Shown: positions 1 through 10,316, counted from the first letter of the stretch. The stretch is 40,503 nt of DNA from an uncultured bacterium (GCA_964619725.1 CAZUFC010000079.1:1-40503); one strand, 5' to 3'. Program-made: numbers and translations. The notes: a model not told the origin generated them from the sequence alone.

Positions 1-312
1 GGGGTATTTATTATACGTTGATTGAGTAAATCCGCAGCCTGACGCAGTACTGGGGGAAATTCGCCGTTTATGGACAAAAACTGGTTAGAAACTTGAAACT
101 GCTGAAACGCCTTTGTGTTCCATTGCTGCCGTGGTTTTCAACTGAAATATATGGACATTCGCAACAGGTTTTATATGAGAAATGCGGGCAATAAACTTAA
201 GGTTACACCTTTGAATGAGACAAGATGCCGCTTCTGCTTCACTCCTCTCATTGTTGTTGATTTTCCTCGGTAAAAATCGTTCCTTCGAAAGCAGACGCAG
301 TATCCAGCACGA

Positions 313-981
313 TCAGAACATCAAATAATCTTCCCATATTCCCAGCAGCGCTGCGGTGGCTTTCACGTCTTTCATGCAATATTCCGCAATTTCACGATAT
401 TTTTTCTCTTCGTAAAGCCTGGCTATGTCTTCGCCGCTTATCCCGTCATCCTTGGAACTGGGTATCCCGAAACTCCTGCAATAAAAATCCAGGCTGAAAC
501 GGCGAAAAGCTCCGTAATAACTGAACTGATCGAGCAAATCACAATGTTTTTTCGGATCATACCTGTAAGTCATCAGGTTCCTGGTCGGCTTTATTCGGAG
601 CACGGCTGATCTCATATGCAAGAAGGGTCCGTCAAACGTCCTTCCGTTGAACGTTACAAGACGATCGAACGAAGCCGCTGTTTCCCAGAAACTCTTGATC
701 ACCTGCTCTTCCGTTCCCGGAATATATTTTATCATCCCATCCTCATCATCCCATGCATCCGTTTCATCGCTTATGTAAAAAACCCGGCCTTGCCGTGTCT
801 GCGGATTGAACGCTCCTACAGCCGCCACCTTCCCCGTAAAAGGATAAAAATTCAAACTCTTCTTTACCTCTTCCTCCTTTTCCGGAGTATCCGCATACTT
901 CAATAAAGACGACTGACGAGCGTCGTCCAGTTCATTCCATTCCATACCCACCGTCTCAATATCGTAAACTAATGTGTTCAT
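313..981 (-). CDS. DnaQ/PolB-like 3'-5' exonuclease (RNase H-like fold, DEDDy type)
   Basis: ExoI 'YDIETVG', ExoII 'FNGRTFDGPFL', ExoIII 'YCMKDV' motifs. Confidence 0.85.
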   Translation of the reverse strand: MNTLVYDIETVGMEWNELDDARQSSLLKYADTPEKEEEVKKSLNFYPFTGKVAAVGAFNPQTRQGRVFYISDETDAWDDEDGMIKYIPGTEEQVIKSFWETAASFDRLVTFNGRTFDGPFLHMRSAVLRIKPTRNLMTYRYDPKKHCDLLDQFSYYGAFRRFSLDFYCRSFGIPSSKDDGISGEDIARLYEEKKYREIAEYCMKDVKATAALLGIWEDYLMF

Positions 982-1091
982 AATGTTTCACCGTCGTAAA
1001 AAAATGTTGTGCATCTGAACCGAATTCAACGCCGGAGATTCTTCAGGATCGCTCCGCAGGCCATACGAAAAAAGAGTCACTTGAAATATAA

Positions 1092-1165
<74 letters not shown>

Positions 1166-1178
1166 ATTAGACCGTCCA

Positions 1179-1207
1179 AACATAACAGCTTATTTCAACG
1201 GGGTCAA
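1179..1207 (-). promoter_or_regulatory. sigma70-type promoter for the tRNA
   Basis: TTGACC-17 nt-TATGTT on the minus strand just upstream of the tRNA 5' end. Confidence 0.6.
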
Positions 1208-1480
1208 GTTTAAAAGACTTCTGAAAACTTTTTATATCTTCTCTCTGATCATCTCATTATTTGAAATAAAGGAATTCCCTGCAAACGGTTATCTTACATT
1301 GTATGAAAACAGACGGTATCATCCTGCGGGACTGATCAAACGGGGTTACACTTCATCATAAAACGCTTGAATGATTGCAATCTCCTGTTTCTTTTCATCG
1401 AGGGCCGTGTAATTCGGGGTCAGAGTCGGTATCAGGGTCGGTGTCGCAACAAAATAACTGCCCTCCCCCGGGACTGATAA

Positions 1481-2584
1481 TCATGCTCCTGCGAGCCTGT
1501 CCGCCATAGATTGGGCGCTGCAGCCCAGGTAATCGAACAGCGAGGCTATGCCGTATGCCGTTCCTGAGATGAGGATTAACGTTCCCGATAAAGTCCGGGC
1601 CAGACCGGTCAGGATGGCGCCTCCGGTTATAAATGCTGCACCTTTCGCGTAATCAACGGGTCCGCCGGATTCTTTGTATTCTTGACCCTTTGCTGTCCAT
1701 TCTTCAGCCCGTTTCAGCAGTGCGTTCACCCAGTCGTTTATCTTCATGGCAGCTTTGCCTGCTGCAGAGGAAATGCCGCCGCTGATGCTCAGCCCCAGCG
1801 CAGCGAAACCTTTGCCGTTTTCTTTCAATGTCTGAGCATACTCTTTGTCGCTTTCCCCTTTCAATAAAGTTTCTATCGGTTTCAAGCTTCTGTCGTTACG
1901 GCTTTTGGGCAACTGCATGTTTTCCGGGGCTACGACCACGTAAAAACAGTTGTAAGGCGTTTCCTTGCCCCTGATGGAGACGTCGGCCCACCGTAAACCG
2001 AACTCCTGCTCGGTCATCTTCTTCGGTTCGGACTGCGAGGGATCATTGACGATGATTAGTTTCTCAAGCGTTCCCGCTTTTAAATCCACATTTTCCTGTT
2101 CCCCTCTGACGACCATCCAGACGGGCATTTCCGCATCGCCCGCTTCCGGACGCATCAGCGTCATTACCGGCAGGTCGCTGTTGACGAAACTCTTTACCTC
2201 CTGTAGCGTCCCGTTGTTAAAACTTGCAAATTTGAATCCCTGTTCTCCGGCGGCTTTCATCATTCTGCTCGGCGAAAGAAACATGTCGCCCGACGACTTC
2301 AAAAGATTGCTCATCATGGCTTCTGATATGTCTTTACCGAAAAACATGAAAATCATCCTCAACCCCGCATGTCCGCCGCCGCCCTTTTTTCCCTGAAGGT
2401 GGTACTTGTCCATTGGAATGTTGCGAGTAGGCGGCTTATCTCCTACATACCTGTCCTTAAACTGACGGTTGAGGCCCTGCGGAGCTTCTTTTGCACCGCC
2501 GATACTCCCTGCGTCCCCGGCTTTTTCCGTATGAACGGGAAATGATTTGCCTATTCCGGGCGGTTTTTGAGGATTAACTTTCAT
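1481..2584 (-). CDS. Degenerate peptidase C39-like domain protein with Gly/Ala-rich hydrophobic C-terminus
   Basis: C39-like pattern 'Q.....GGHAGLRMIFMFFG', 'PVWMVVRG', 'IIVNDPS', 'EEF..RW'-like 'EQEFGLRW'; catalytic Cys and His positions are Gly and Val. Confidence 0.6.
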   Translation of the reverse strand: MKVNPQKPPGIGKSFPVHTEKAGDAGSIGGAKEAPQGLNRQFKDRYVGDKPPTRNIPMDKYHLQGKKGGGGHAGLRMIFMFFGKDISEAMMSNLLKSSGDMFLSPSRMMKAAGEQGFKFASFNNGTLQEVKSFVNSDLPVMTLMRPEAGDAEMPVWMVVRGEQENVDLKAGTLEKLIIVNDPSQSEPKKMTEQEFGLRWADVSIRGKETPYNCFYVVVAPENMQLPKSRNDRSLKPIETLLKGESDKEYAQTLKENGKGFAALGLSISGGISSAAGKAAMKINDWVNALLKRAEEWTAKGQEYKESGGPVDYAKGAAFITGGAILTGLARTLSGTLILISGTAYGIASLFDYLGCSAQSMADRLAGA

Positions 2585-2615
2585 CCGTTAAATTCCTTCG
2601 ATTCGCTCTGATTTC

Positions 2616-2644
2616 ATTGTATTATTGAACTTCTCACTTTTCAA
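2616..2644 (-). promoter_or_regulatory. sigma70-type promoter for 1481..2584
   Basis: TTGAAA-17 nt-TACAAT on the minus strand. Confidence 0.5.
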
Positions 2645-2767
2645 GACGTTCAAAAGGCGCTATGAAAGGGTTTGTCAAAAGGCTCCCTCTTCTTCTATAA
2701 TAATTGACGGGGCTTAAAATGGACAGAAAAGCTTATTTTGATCCATCGATAATCGTTTTCTTGAAAG

Positions 2768-3952
2768 GTGTCGATTATGAATAGAGAAAAACCGTTACGG
2801 CATATTTTTCCTGTTTTCATCGGAATACTGCTTCTGACGGCGGGATGCGCAAAGAATCCGCCGCCTGAGCTTATGGTCGATCATAACGACCTGGGCGTCA
2901 ATTATTTGGAACGCAACGAATATGATAAGGCGATTGAAGAATTTCTGACTGCGCTTGAATTCACCGATCCTGAACCTGAAGTGTACAATAACCTGGGGCT
3001 GGCTCATTATCGGAAAGAGGAATACCAGAAGGCGACAAAGGCGTTTGAATCCGCTCTGGAGCTGAACGGGCGCTATGCCCAGGCGTTGAATAACCTGGGA
3101 CTGGTCTACATGGAGCTGGATAAATCGAGGAAGGCTGAAGATTATTTTGAAGATGCCGCTGCGTCTGACCCCTCCTTCGCCGATCCCCACAACAATATGG
3201 GTTATCTCTACATGACGATGAAGGATTACCCCAAGGCCCTCTATTCGTTGAACAAGGCGGTTCAGTTGAACCCTAATCACGTGGATGCGCATACTCATAT
3301 CGGGTTTATCTATACGGAAAAGGGGGAATACGATAAAGCCCGCCGCCGCTTCAGAATAGCGCTGGAGATTGACCCGAGGAATGAAGCGGCCCTGTTCAAC
3401 AGAGGGTCGCTCTATTTACGTGAAGGGGAATACGACAAAGCCTTGGGCGATTTTCAGTCCGTATTGGAAGTGAATCCCGGCAATTCCGATGCTTACAACA
3501 ATATCGGTCAAATTTTTCTGTTGAAAGACGACGTCGAATCCGCTCAACTCCAATTTGAAAAAACCCTCGGCGTTGATCCGGAAAACGCCTATGCCCATTA
3601 TAATCTGGGTATTGTTTTCAGCCGGTTGGGAAACGAACGCAAAGCCATGGAATATTACCTGAAAAGCGTGGAGCTGAAGCCGGATTTCACCGAAGCGCTT
3701 TATACTCTCGGTTTGATTTATCTTCAGAACGGCCTGTATAACGAAGCCTTCAATCAAATGAATCAAATCATAGAAACTGACCCTGATTTCATTGAAGCCT
3801 ATGGCTATGCCGGAGTAGCGCTTTATGAACAGGGCAAGCGACGTGATGCAATCCCCTACTTCGAAACTTTCGTGAAAAAAGCGCCGGCAGGGATGTCCGA
3901 TATGGTCCGGGAAGCTGAAACCATCCTTAAAGAACTAAAAATGGGCGTTTGA
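2768..3952 (+). CDS. TPR-repeat lipoprotein (PilF/Tgl-like architecture)
   Basis: Lipobox 'LLLTAGC'; about 10 tandem 34-aa TPR units (YNNLG...A...F..AL..P). Confidence 0.85.
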   Translation: MSIMNREKPLRHIFPVFIGILLLTAGCAKNPPPELMVDHNDLGVNYLERNEYDKAIEEFLTALEFTDPEPEVYNNLGLAHYRKEEYQKATKAFESALELNGRYAQALNNLGLVYMELDKSRKAEDYFEDAAASDPSFADPHNNMGYLYMTMKDYPKALYSLNKAVQLNPNHVDAHTHIGFIYTEKGEYDKARRRFRIALEIDPRNEAALFNRGSLYLREGEYDKALGDFQSVLEVNPGNSDAYNNIGQIFLLKDDVESAQLQFEKTLGVDPENAYAHYNLGIVFSRLGNERKAMEYYLKSVELKPDFTEALYTLGLIYLQNGLYNEAFNQMNQIIETDPDFIEAYGYAGVALYEQGKRRDAIPYFETFVKKAPAGMSDMVREAETILKELKMGV

Positions 3953-3974
3953 TAACCGGAAGGATGATTCGATT

Positions 3975-5153
3975 TTGCCAGTCAAGCTGATAGTAAAAAG
4001 CCTGGTTGATGAGGACCGGAACAGCGAACCGGAAGAATACGTTTTCGATCAGAAACTCATCAAAATCGGCAGAAGAAAAGAAAACGACGTCTGTATCAAA
4101 GACGGTTTCATTTCAGGACTGCATTTGAAAATCTTTCAGACGCCGAACGGTTATCAGATCGAAGATCAGAAGAGCGTAAACGGATCGAAGCTTAATGATT
4201 CGGAATTGCAGAACGGGCACCCGCAGGATTTGAAAACCGGCGATATTATTGAAATACCTAATTTCCAGATCACCGTAGAAATGCTGCCGGAAGAAAAAAA
4301 AGAAGATGAAGCGCCGGAATCACCGCAAAAAGAAGAAGAAACCGGTTCCGTAAGTCCTTCCAGAATCCAGAGTCTTCTGGGCGGCGTCAGAACAGAAACT
4401 CCCTGGTTCGTCGTAACGGGTGAAGGACCCGACAAAGGCCGGCAGCTTCGATTGCAAGAAATGGGACAGGTCCTCATAATAGGTCGTCATCGGAATTCCG
4501 ATCTCACCCTGAGACATCAAAGCGTATCAAAAAAACACGCAAAAGTGCATTGGAATATCTCCGGTATTTCCATTTCCGATCTGGGTTCTCTGAACGGCAT
4601 ATTCGTCAACAAAAAAAAGGTTGAAGGCAGCGCTTACCTGAAAGACCAGGATGTCGTTCGCATCGGCTCTGAACGACTCCTCTTTATGAATCCTTTAGGC
4701 TCCGATGATGTTGATGAAAAAAGAGACCAGGAAGACAGCCTTAAGGAAGCGCCGGAAAATGGCGCCTTAGAAACTCCCGAACAATATTCAGATAACCGAG
4801 GAAATGAACAATCCCTCAATTTGGAAAAACAGGAACCTCTGAAAAAACAAGGGGAAGAAAAGGAATTAGAGAAAAAAACCCCTTCGCCCGAAAAAAGGGG
4901 GAAAGATAGTGACGTAAAGGTATCTGAAGAGATTCCGTTGGATGAAAAGCCTGCTGATAAACAGGAAGAGGGAGCAGAGGTCGAAGCAGCCGAATCGGAT
5001 GTGGAAAGCCGAAGCGGAGAAAACCTCAAGAAGGGCGCCGGAGGTATCCCTTCTGTCCTTATCTATATGAGTATGGGATTAGGACTGCTGATTCTGATCG
5101 CCGCCGTTATTTTTCTCGCTTTCATACTCTTTAATGACGAATTATTTCAATAA
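3975..5153 (+). CDS. Dual-FHA-domain protein with acidic linker and C-terminal transmembrane helix
   Basis: Two FHA signatures (IGRR..D..I.D..ISGLH..SVNG; IGRH..DL.L....VSKKHA..DLGSLNG); terminal hydrophobic segment 'LGLLILIAAVIFLAFILF'. Confidence 0.85.
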   Translation: MPVKLIVKSLVDEDRNSEPEEYVFDQKLIKIGRRKENDVCIKDGFISGLHLKIFQTPNGYQIEDQKSVNGSKLNDSELQNGHPQDLKTGDIIEIPNFQITVEMLPEEKKEDEAPESPQKEEETGSVSPSRIQSLLGGVRTETPWFVVTGEGPDKGRQLRLQEMGQVLIIGRHRNSDLTLRHQSVSKKHAKVHWNISGISISDLGSLNGIFVNKKKVEGSAYLKDQDVVRIGSERLLFMNPLGSDDVDEKRDQEDSLKEAPENGALETPEQYSDNRGNEQSLNLEKQEPLKKQGEEKELEKKTPSPEKRGKDSDVKVSEEIPLDEKPADKQEEGAEVEAAESDVESRSGENLKKGAGGIPSVLIYMSMGLGLLILIAAVIFLAFILFNDELFQ

Positions 5154-5479
5154 CTCAGGGCTTAATCGGGTCAGCCGGCGACCTTCCACGTCTCATTTTT
5201 AACTCGTTATGCCGAGGCGGACAGTCAGTTTGATTTTCTAATCGTAAAGAAAGCAAATCAATATCTTCTCTGACGGTCCCGGATGGTAAATTAATAATTG
5301 AATTGGACATAATCCCGTGCAGGGTAAAGTCAAACAAGAGTTTTATATTTGTGATTTATTGCTTTTATGTTAAGGCCTATGGGTCTGCATTATCTTTCAT
5401 AAGAGTTTGTCCGGATTCGTGCTATGCGCTTTTTACTCCACTGAGCGGGTGATAAAGCATTTCACATCGACGATATTTC

Positions 5480-5741
5480 ACTGGGAGCGCAGGCTTCCAG
5501 CCTGCCTTGGGCACAACAGATATTTAAGGCAAACATCAGCTTTCTATGCCCCCGCGGCGGATATGGAAGTTTATTTCTTTGTCCGACTCTGATCGGCTTT
5601 AATTTTTTATGCGGCGTTTTTCAACTGAACATGCTGAATTCTCTTTTACGGGTTATTTTGCGATTTTCGCCCGGGATTTTACCCGCATCGTTCCTTACAC
5701 TTTCTCGATACGAAGGCAGGCTGGAAGCCTGCGGTCCCAGT
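5480..5741. repeat. REP-like inverted doublet (29-bp arms)
   Basis: 5480-5508 ACTGGGAGCGCAGGCTTCCAGCCTGCCTT and an inverted copy at 5713-5741 (28/29 identical); each contains the palindrome GCAGGCT-TCC-AGCCTGC. Confidence 0.8.
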
Positions 5742-5779
5742 ATCCCTCTTATGGGCTTCAAAAAGGCATCTGATGACCA

Positions 5780-7060
5780 TCATAATTTGATGCGCGACAT
5801 CAAATGATTCAAATATAGCGACTTGATCTGTTTGCCGGCCGCTATCTGTTTTATCGGAGGCAATTTCAGAATGACTCCCAGTACGGCAGCCATGGCCCTG
5901 TGATTCCACATGGCCTGGTTGTCGAAAATGAGATTCTGAAGTTTACCCCGCTCAATCGCCATAAGCACTAGCCGGTGTAAGGAATTGACGGGCGTGACGG
6001 TCCTGCTTTCCCTTGGAATCAATTTTAAACATTCAAGAGGGCAATTACGGACGCATACGCCGCAACCCAGGCATATTTCTTCATTAATTCGGACGATTTT
6101 TCCGGTTTTATTGTTAGGATCAAGCGAAGAAACCAGAGAAACGGCTTGTACGGGGCATACTTCTACGCATTTTCCGCATCCTCTGCACTTTTGTTCGTTA
6201 ACTTCAGGAATAAAATTGGCGGTATGAATGGGATTGAGAAAGGCGAACTTTCTTGCCGCGCTTAAAGCTTCGCAACAGCAACTGCAGCAATTGCAGATGA
6301 AGGTGACTCTTTTCTGGACGTTCTCCCCGAACTGCACCAGGTTATACTCGTAAGCCTTGTTAAGCAGCTCCAGGCATTCCTGCTTTTCAACTTTCCGCGC
6401 AATGCCATGCCTGGTGAGGGAGGCCGCTACACCGTTAAAGGTCATGCATATTTCCATCGGTGCGTTGCAAGCCCTACCCAAATGCTGAGCGATATGCCGG
6501 CAATAACACATTCCGATTCCTATATGAGTCGCGGTTTCAATCACTTCACTCGCCCGTTCGTAGTCCAGAACTTCCAGAGCGTTGTCGCTGTCTACGGCCG
6601 GTTCATTGACGAAAATGCGACCTTGCTGAGTCTCTCCACCAGCAAAAAGCTGCCTGATGAATTCCTCCTCCACATTCAAATATTCATCAAACAATGCCGC
6701 CAATACATTCTGATCCACATCTTTTCTTATCCTCATCATCGAAAACTCAAAAAAACCGGCCATAGGCGGAGGCAGAACGTAAATGGAGCGCCCTTTTTTC
6801 TCAATATCCAGAAGTATCCCGCGTGATGCCAGATTCTTCAGCGCTTTTTCAGCTTCTTTTACTTCAACTTTCCAGATGCCCGCTGCTTTCTTTGCCGTGA
6901 AAGGCTTTATCGGTATACGGGAGACTAGCTCGGCTTCCTTTTCTGAAAAAAGCAGCTTCAGAATCTTATAAAGGAGCTCAGAAGCGGGCGCTCCCTGAGG
7001 AAATTTATTTAAACGGTCAACGAGGTTCCTGTAACCTGATTTGACAGTCATATGAGCCAT
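5780..7060 (-). CDS. 4Fe-4S dicluster (ferredoxin-domain) protein
   Basis: CRGCGKCVEVCP and CLGCGVCVRNCP, plus CYCRH and CNCCSCCC clusters. Confidence 0.85.
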   Translation of the reverse strand: MAHMTVKSGYRNLVDRLNKFPQGAPASELLYKILKLLFSEKEAELVSRIPIKPFTAKKAAGIWKVEVKEAEKALKNLASRGILLDIEKKGRSIYVLPPPMAGFFEFSMMRIRKDVDQNVLAALFDEYLNVEEEFIRQLFAGGETQQGRIFVNEPAVDSDNALEVLDYERASEVIETATHIGIGMCYCRHIAQHLGRACNAPMEICMTFNGVAASLTRHGIARKVEKQECLELLNKAYEYNLVQFGENVQKRVTFICNCCSCCCEALSAARKFAFLNPIHTANFIPEVNEQKCRGCGKCVEVCPVQAVSLVSSLDPNNKTGKIVRINEEICLGCGVCVRNCPLECLKLIPRESRTVTPVNSLHRLVLMAIERGKLQNLIFDNQAMWNHRAMAAVLGVILKLPPIKQIAAGKQIKSLYLNHLMSRIKL

Positions 7061-7070
7061 TTATCGCTCC

Positions 7071-7478
7071 TTACTCTCGCCTTAACCACCTGACAGCCTC
7101 ATCCCGGTCGTCGAAAAAACGAGCCGGGATTCCCCGGTTTGCAGCAATGTCAGAAAAGAAATCTGCATTCTCCCATGACGCGTCAGACTTGCTTATCAAC
7201 ATGGCATGCCTGGTTCCCAAAGGGAAAACATCGGCATGACCTGCTGTGACTTCAAAAATATCCGCAGGCTCTGCAGTAACTTTTCCTTCTCGTAAATCGA
7301 CCAAAATGCCCTTGCAGTTTAGCTCTCTGCATAATTCGGACGTTTCTTTCTGAGCCTGCCGTCCCTCATCTCCCGACCAGTTTCCAGATATCTTGATGAC
7401 TATTATATCATGATCTGTCGTAATCCTGTACGGCATTACACCATCCTCCATCCCGGAAAACTGAACGTTTGCATTCAT
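7071..7478 (-). CDS. STAS/SpoIIAA-like small protein (true start may be the later 'MPYRIT')
   Basis: 'ILVDLRE' core and C-terminal 'RFFDDRDEAVRWL' motif. Confidence 0.65.
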   Translation of the reverse strand: MNANVQFSGMEDGVMPYRITTDHDIIVIKISGNWSGDEGRQAQKETSELCRELNCKGILVDLREGKVTAEPADIFEVTAGHADVFPLGTRHAMLISKSDASWENADFFSDIAANRGIPARFFDDRDEAVRWLRRE

Positions 7479-7770
7479 GAAAAGCAGCAGCCCTTGAATA
7501 GCATCGCCTGTAAATCGTCTCGATATTTTTCTCCTTATTCATATGATCAACACTGCGACGCAAATGCTAATAATATTGAAACAAAAATTATTTTTCAAGC
7601 AACGCACGAAAGAATGATTTCAAGGACTGATCAAACAGGGCTTACTATTTTTGCGAACCAAGTTTTCTTTTAACCCTGATAATTCGTATTATCCGCGGTT
7701 TCGGGATATTTGCAGTCGTTTCCCCAAAATTCATGTATTTTGATCGCCGCAGATTTTTCCTGTAAAAATT

Positions 7771-7803
7771 AAAAAGCCCCTCCTGCAACAGGAAGGGCTT
7801 TTT
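7771..7803 (-). terminator. Intrinsic terminator downstream of the S8 peptidase
   Basis: AAAAAGCCCTTCCTG-TTG-CAGGAGGGGCTTTTT hairpin with T-tract (minus strand). Confidence 0.8.
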
Positions 7804-7851
7804 CACGAAACATCGCCGAATTCGGCAGCGTATCGCCGCTGTCAGACAGGT

Positions 7852-9954
7852 TTATTCCTCTTCATATTCGAAGTAATCTCCTTCAGCTTCAACATTGTCT
7901 CCCAGAAGAAACAATTCTTCGTTAAGCGAGGTATCCGCAATAATGCCGTCGCTCCATAATATAGCCGGAGAGCCGCCGAGAGTGGAATCGCTCCAGAATA
8001 TTCCGTCACTCCAGAGTATGGCGGGGTTGGCTACATTGGCGCCTTCGAGGATGTCTCCCTGCCCCAGTGCAGCAGTTTGTTGCCAGGCGCTTGATACAGC
8101 CAGATAACCGCCGCTCCAGTTATCGGCATTGGCCGCATCGATCAGCGAGTTGTCCGACCAGAGAATGGCCGTATCTCCTCCGCCGGTCAGGGATGCTCCG
8201 AAAACGATATCGTCCGCAAATTGGAGCGCTTCAATGAAATAAATACCGTCGGGTGTAAGCAGCAAGTCATCCAGGAAGAGAGCGCCGCCGACAAGTTCCC
8301 AGGAACCGCTGTCGTAAACGTATGTTTTTCCGGCAGCCCATGAAAAACTTTCGCCGCCGATAGATGACGTCGGCGAAGGAACTGCAGACTGGAAAAGATT
8401 GATGCCGAAATCTACCGTGTCATAATATCCCTCGTACTCGGAAGGGTCCTGAACGTCCGGTTTAATGGCTTCGGCTAATCTTACGGCCCCTTCAAGGTTT
8501 AAAATGCCGGCTCCCTGCTCATAAGCGGAAGTGTCGGGTATGAGATAAGCCGTATACATCATTATTGCTTTAATCATTTGCGGAGTTAAGGCAGGATTGG
8601 CCTCATACAGTAAAGCTGCAGCGCCGGCGACGATCGGAGCAGACATTGATGTGCCGGAAAGCTTTAAATACCTTTTCAACATTCCGCCGGCATCCAGCTT
8701 GTGAAGAAGAAAAGGATATTTGTTGAGTAAGGAATTAATAAGGCTGCTTACGGATACGATGTGACATCCGGGCGCTGTAATGTCGGGTTTTATACAGTTA
8801 TCGAAAACGTGCTCATTAAAATCATATCCTCTGGTCGGGCCGCGTGAGCTGAACCGTGCAATAGTATCATCGCTTAAATATTCCGTACCGTGAGGATTAC
8901 AAGCCCCGACCGTTACAGCATAGGGAGAAATACCGGGATTCCCTATGCTGCCGTAAACCTTGCCGCCGAACAATCCCCTTCCCCTGTTGCCTGCGGAACA
9001 TACCACAACGATCCCGCTTTGAACCAAATCTTTCACTGCCAGGCACAAAGGGTCTGTCTTGTAAGATTCGCATGGACGTCCGCTTAACGACATATTAACG
9101 ACTTTTATGTTATACACCTCGTGATTCACAAGGATGTCGTCCAGGGCCGACAGGACCCAACTGCTGTACCCTCGTCCGTTTCCCTTCAATACCTTGAATC
9201 CCGCCAGATTGCATTTGGGAGCTATTCCCGTCAGGTTCTTTTCATAGGCTCGAGCTGAAGTGCCGTTTCCGCCCGCTATTCCGGCGACATGGGTGCCGTG
9301 ACCATGATTATCCGCATTCTCAGATTCATTCGTATAGTTGGAATAATGGATGATTCGCGAAACAGAACTTTCCGTAAAAAAATCCTCGCTGGCCGTATAC
9401 AATCCCGAATCCACTATAGCTACGGTTATGCCTTCTCCCTCATATGATGTTACTCCAGTCATACCTGTAGCTCCCTGAATAAAGCTGTGATCCGGCACCG
9501 AAGAATAGGCCACGGGACGGTCCGGCGAAATCCAGGCGACATCCCTCTCATCGGATAATTCTATTACTCCGTCGAGACTCAAAGTCGCCGCCACAAACGG
9601 AAGCTCCGAATATTCCTCGTTTACGATTCCTCCTAATTCCTCAATATCACGATGATCAGCGCTCTTTATCCTGTCTTTATACCTGATGATATAACGTTCC
9701 GGCCTGTTCAAAGTCTCCGCTTCTGAATCTGAAAGCAGGGTCTTTTCCCCGCCCGAAAGTCCTTCTGACGCTGCTCTCCCTGAATCGCTGTTTTTCAGTA
9801 TCTCCTCCCGCAAATCCGGAGCCATTTTCGATAAATCCCCTGCGTAGCAGAACCGCACGATCCCGGCGGACAGGATCAAGAACAAAAATACCTTTGCAAC
9901 TAATACAATTTTGGACCGCTTGTCCCGACTCAGATTCCTGACTGTTCGATACAT
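7852..9954 (-). CDS. Secreted S8 (subtilisin/AprX-like) serine protease with propeptide and C-terminal W-S-D repeats
   Basis: Triad motifs 'VAIVDSG', 'HGHGTHVAG', 'GTSMSAP'; oxyanion 'SAGN'; N-terminal signal/TM; repeated 'ILWSD'. Confidence 0.92.
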   Translation of the reverse strand: MYRTVRNLSRDKRSKIVLVAKVFLFLILSAGIVRFCYAGDLSKMAPDLREEILKNSDSGRAASEGLSGGEKTLLSDSEAETLNRPERYIIRYKDRIKSADHRDIEELGGIVNEEYSELPFVAATLSLDGVIELSDERDVAWISPDRPVAYSSVPDHSFIQGATGMTGVTSYEGEGITVAIVDSGLYTASEDFFTESSVSRIIHYSNYTNESENADNHGHGTHVAGIAGGNGTSARAYEKNLTGIAPKCNLAGFKVLKGNGRGYSSWVLSALDDILVNHEVYNIKVVNMSLSGRPCESYKTDPLCLAVKDLVQSGIVVVCSAGNRGRGLFGGKVYGSIGNPGISPYAVTVGACNPHGTEYLSDDTIARFSSRGPTRGYDFNEHVFDNCIKPDITAPGCHIVSVSSLINSLLNKYPFLLHKLDAGGMLKRYLKLSGTSMSAPIVAGAAALLYEANPALTPQMIKAIMMYTAYLIPDTSAYEQGAGILNLEGAVRLAEAIKPDVQDPSEYEGYYDTVDFGINLFQSAVPSPTSSIGGESFSWAAGKTYVYDSGSWELVGGALFLDDLLLTPDGIYFIEALQFADDIVFGASLTGGGDTAILWSDNSLIDAANADNWSGGYLAVSSAWQQTAALGQGDILEGANVANPAILWSDGIFWSDSTLGGSPAILWSDGIIADTSLNEELFLLGDNVEAEGDYFEYEEE

Positions 9955-10112
9955 TTTTTTCTCTCCTTCCTGATATATATTTTGCTAATTACATTCCGGC
10001 AAACTATCATGCTTTCGTATCAATCCTTTTCATGATTGAACCGACTCTTTATTTTATTGTAACCTCCTGCATCAGCATGCGAGTCACTTTCGGCTGAACC
10101 CGTTCCAATGAG

Positions 10113-10129
10113 AGCAAATACCGTTCCAA
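10113..10129 (-). promoter_or_regulatory. sigma54 (-24/-12) promoter upstream of the S8 protease
   Basis: TTGGAACGGTATTTGCT versus consensus TGGCACG-N4-TTGCW. Confidence 0.65.
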
Positions 10130-10316
10130 TTCTATAAATATCCTGAATTCAATATCCTCAGTCGTTCTGAGCCTATTATGATCATCCGCAGGTGTTTAGA
10201 TTTTTTACAGAATGAAACAAGATATGTTAATTTTATTGAATTCGAGACGCCTTGCATCCGGCGAGCGCCCCTCCATTATTTCATCCCACCATAATTGATG
10301 AGGTTATGGACATGCG

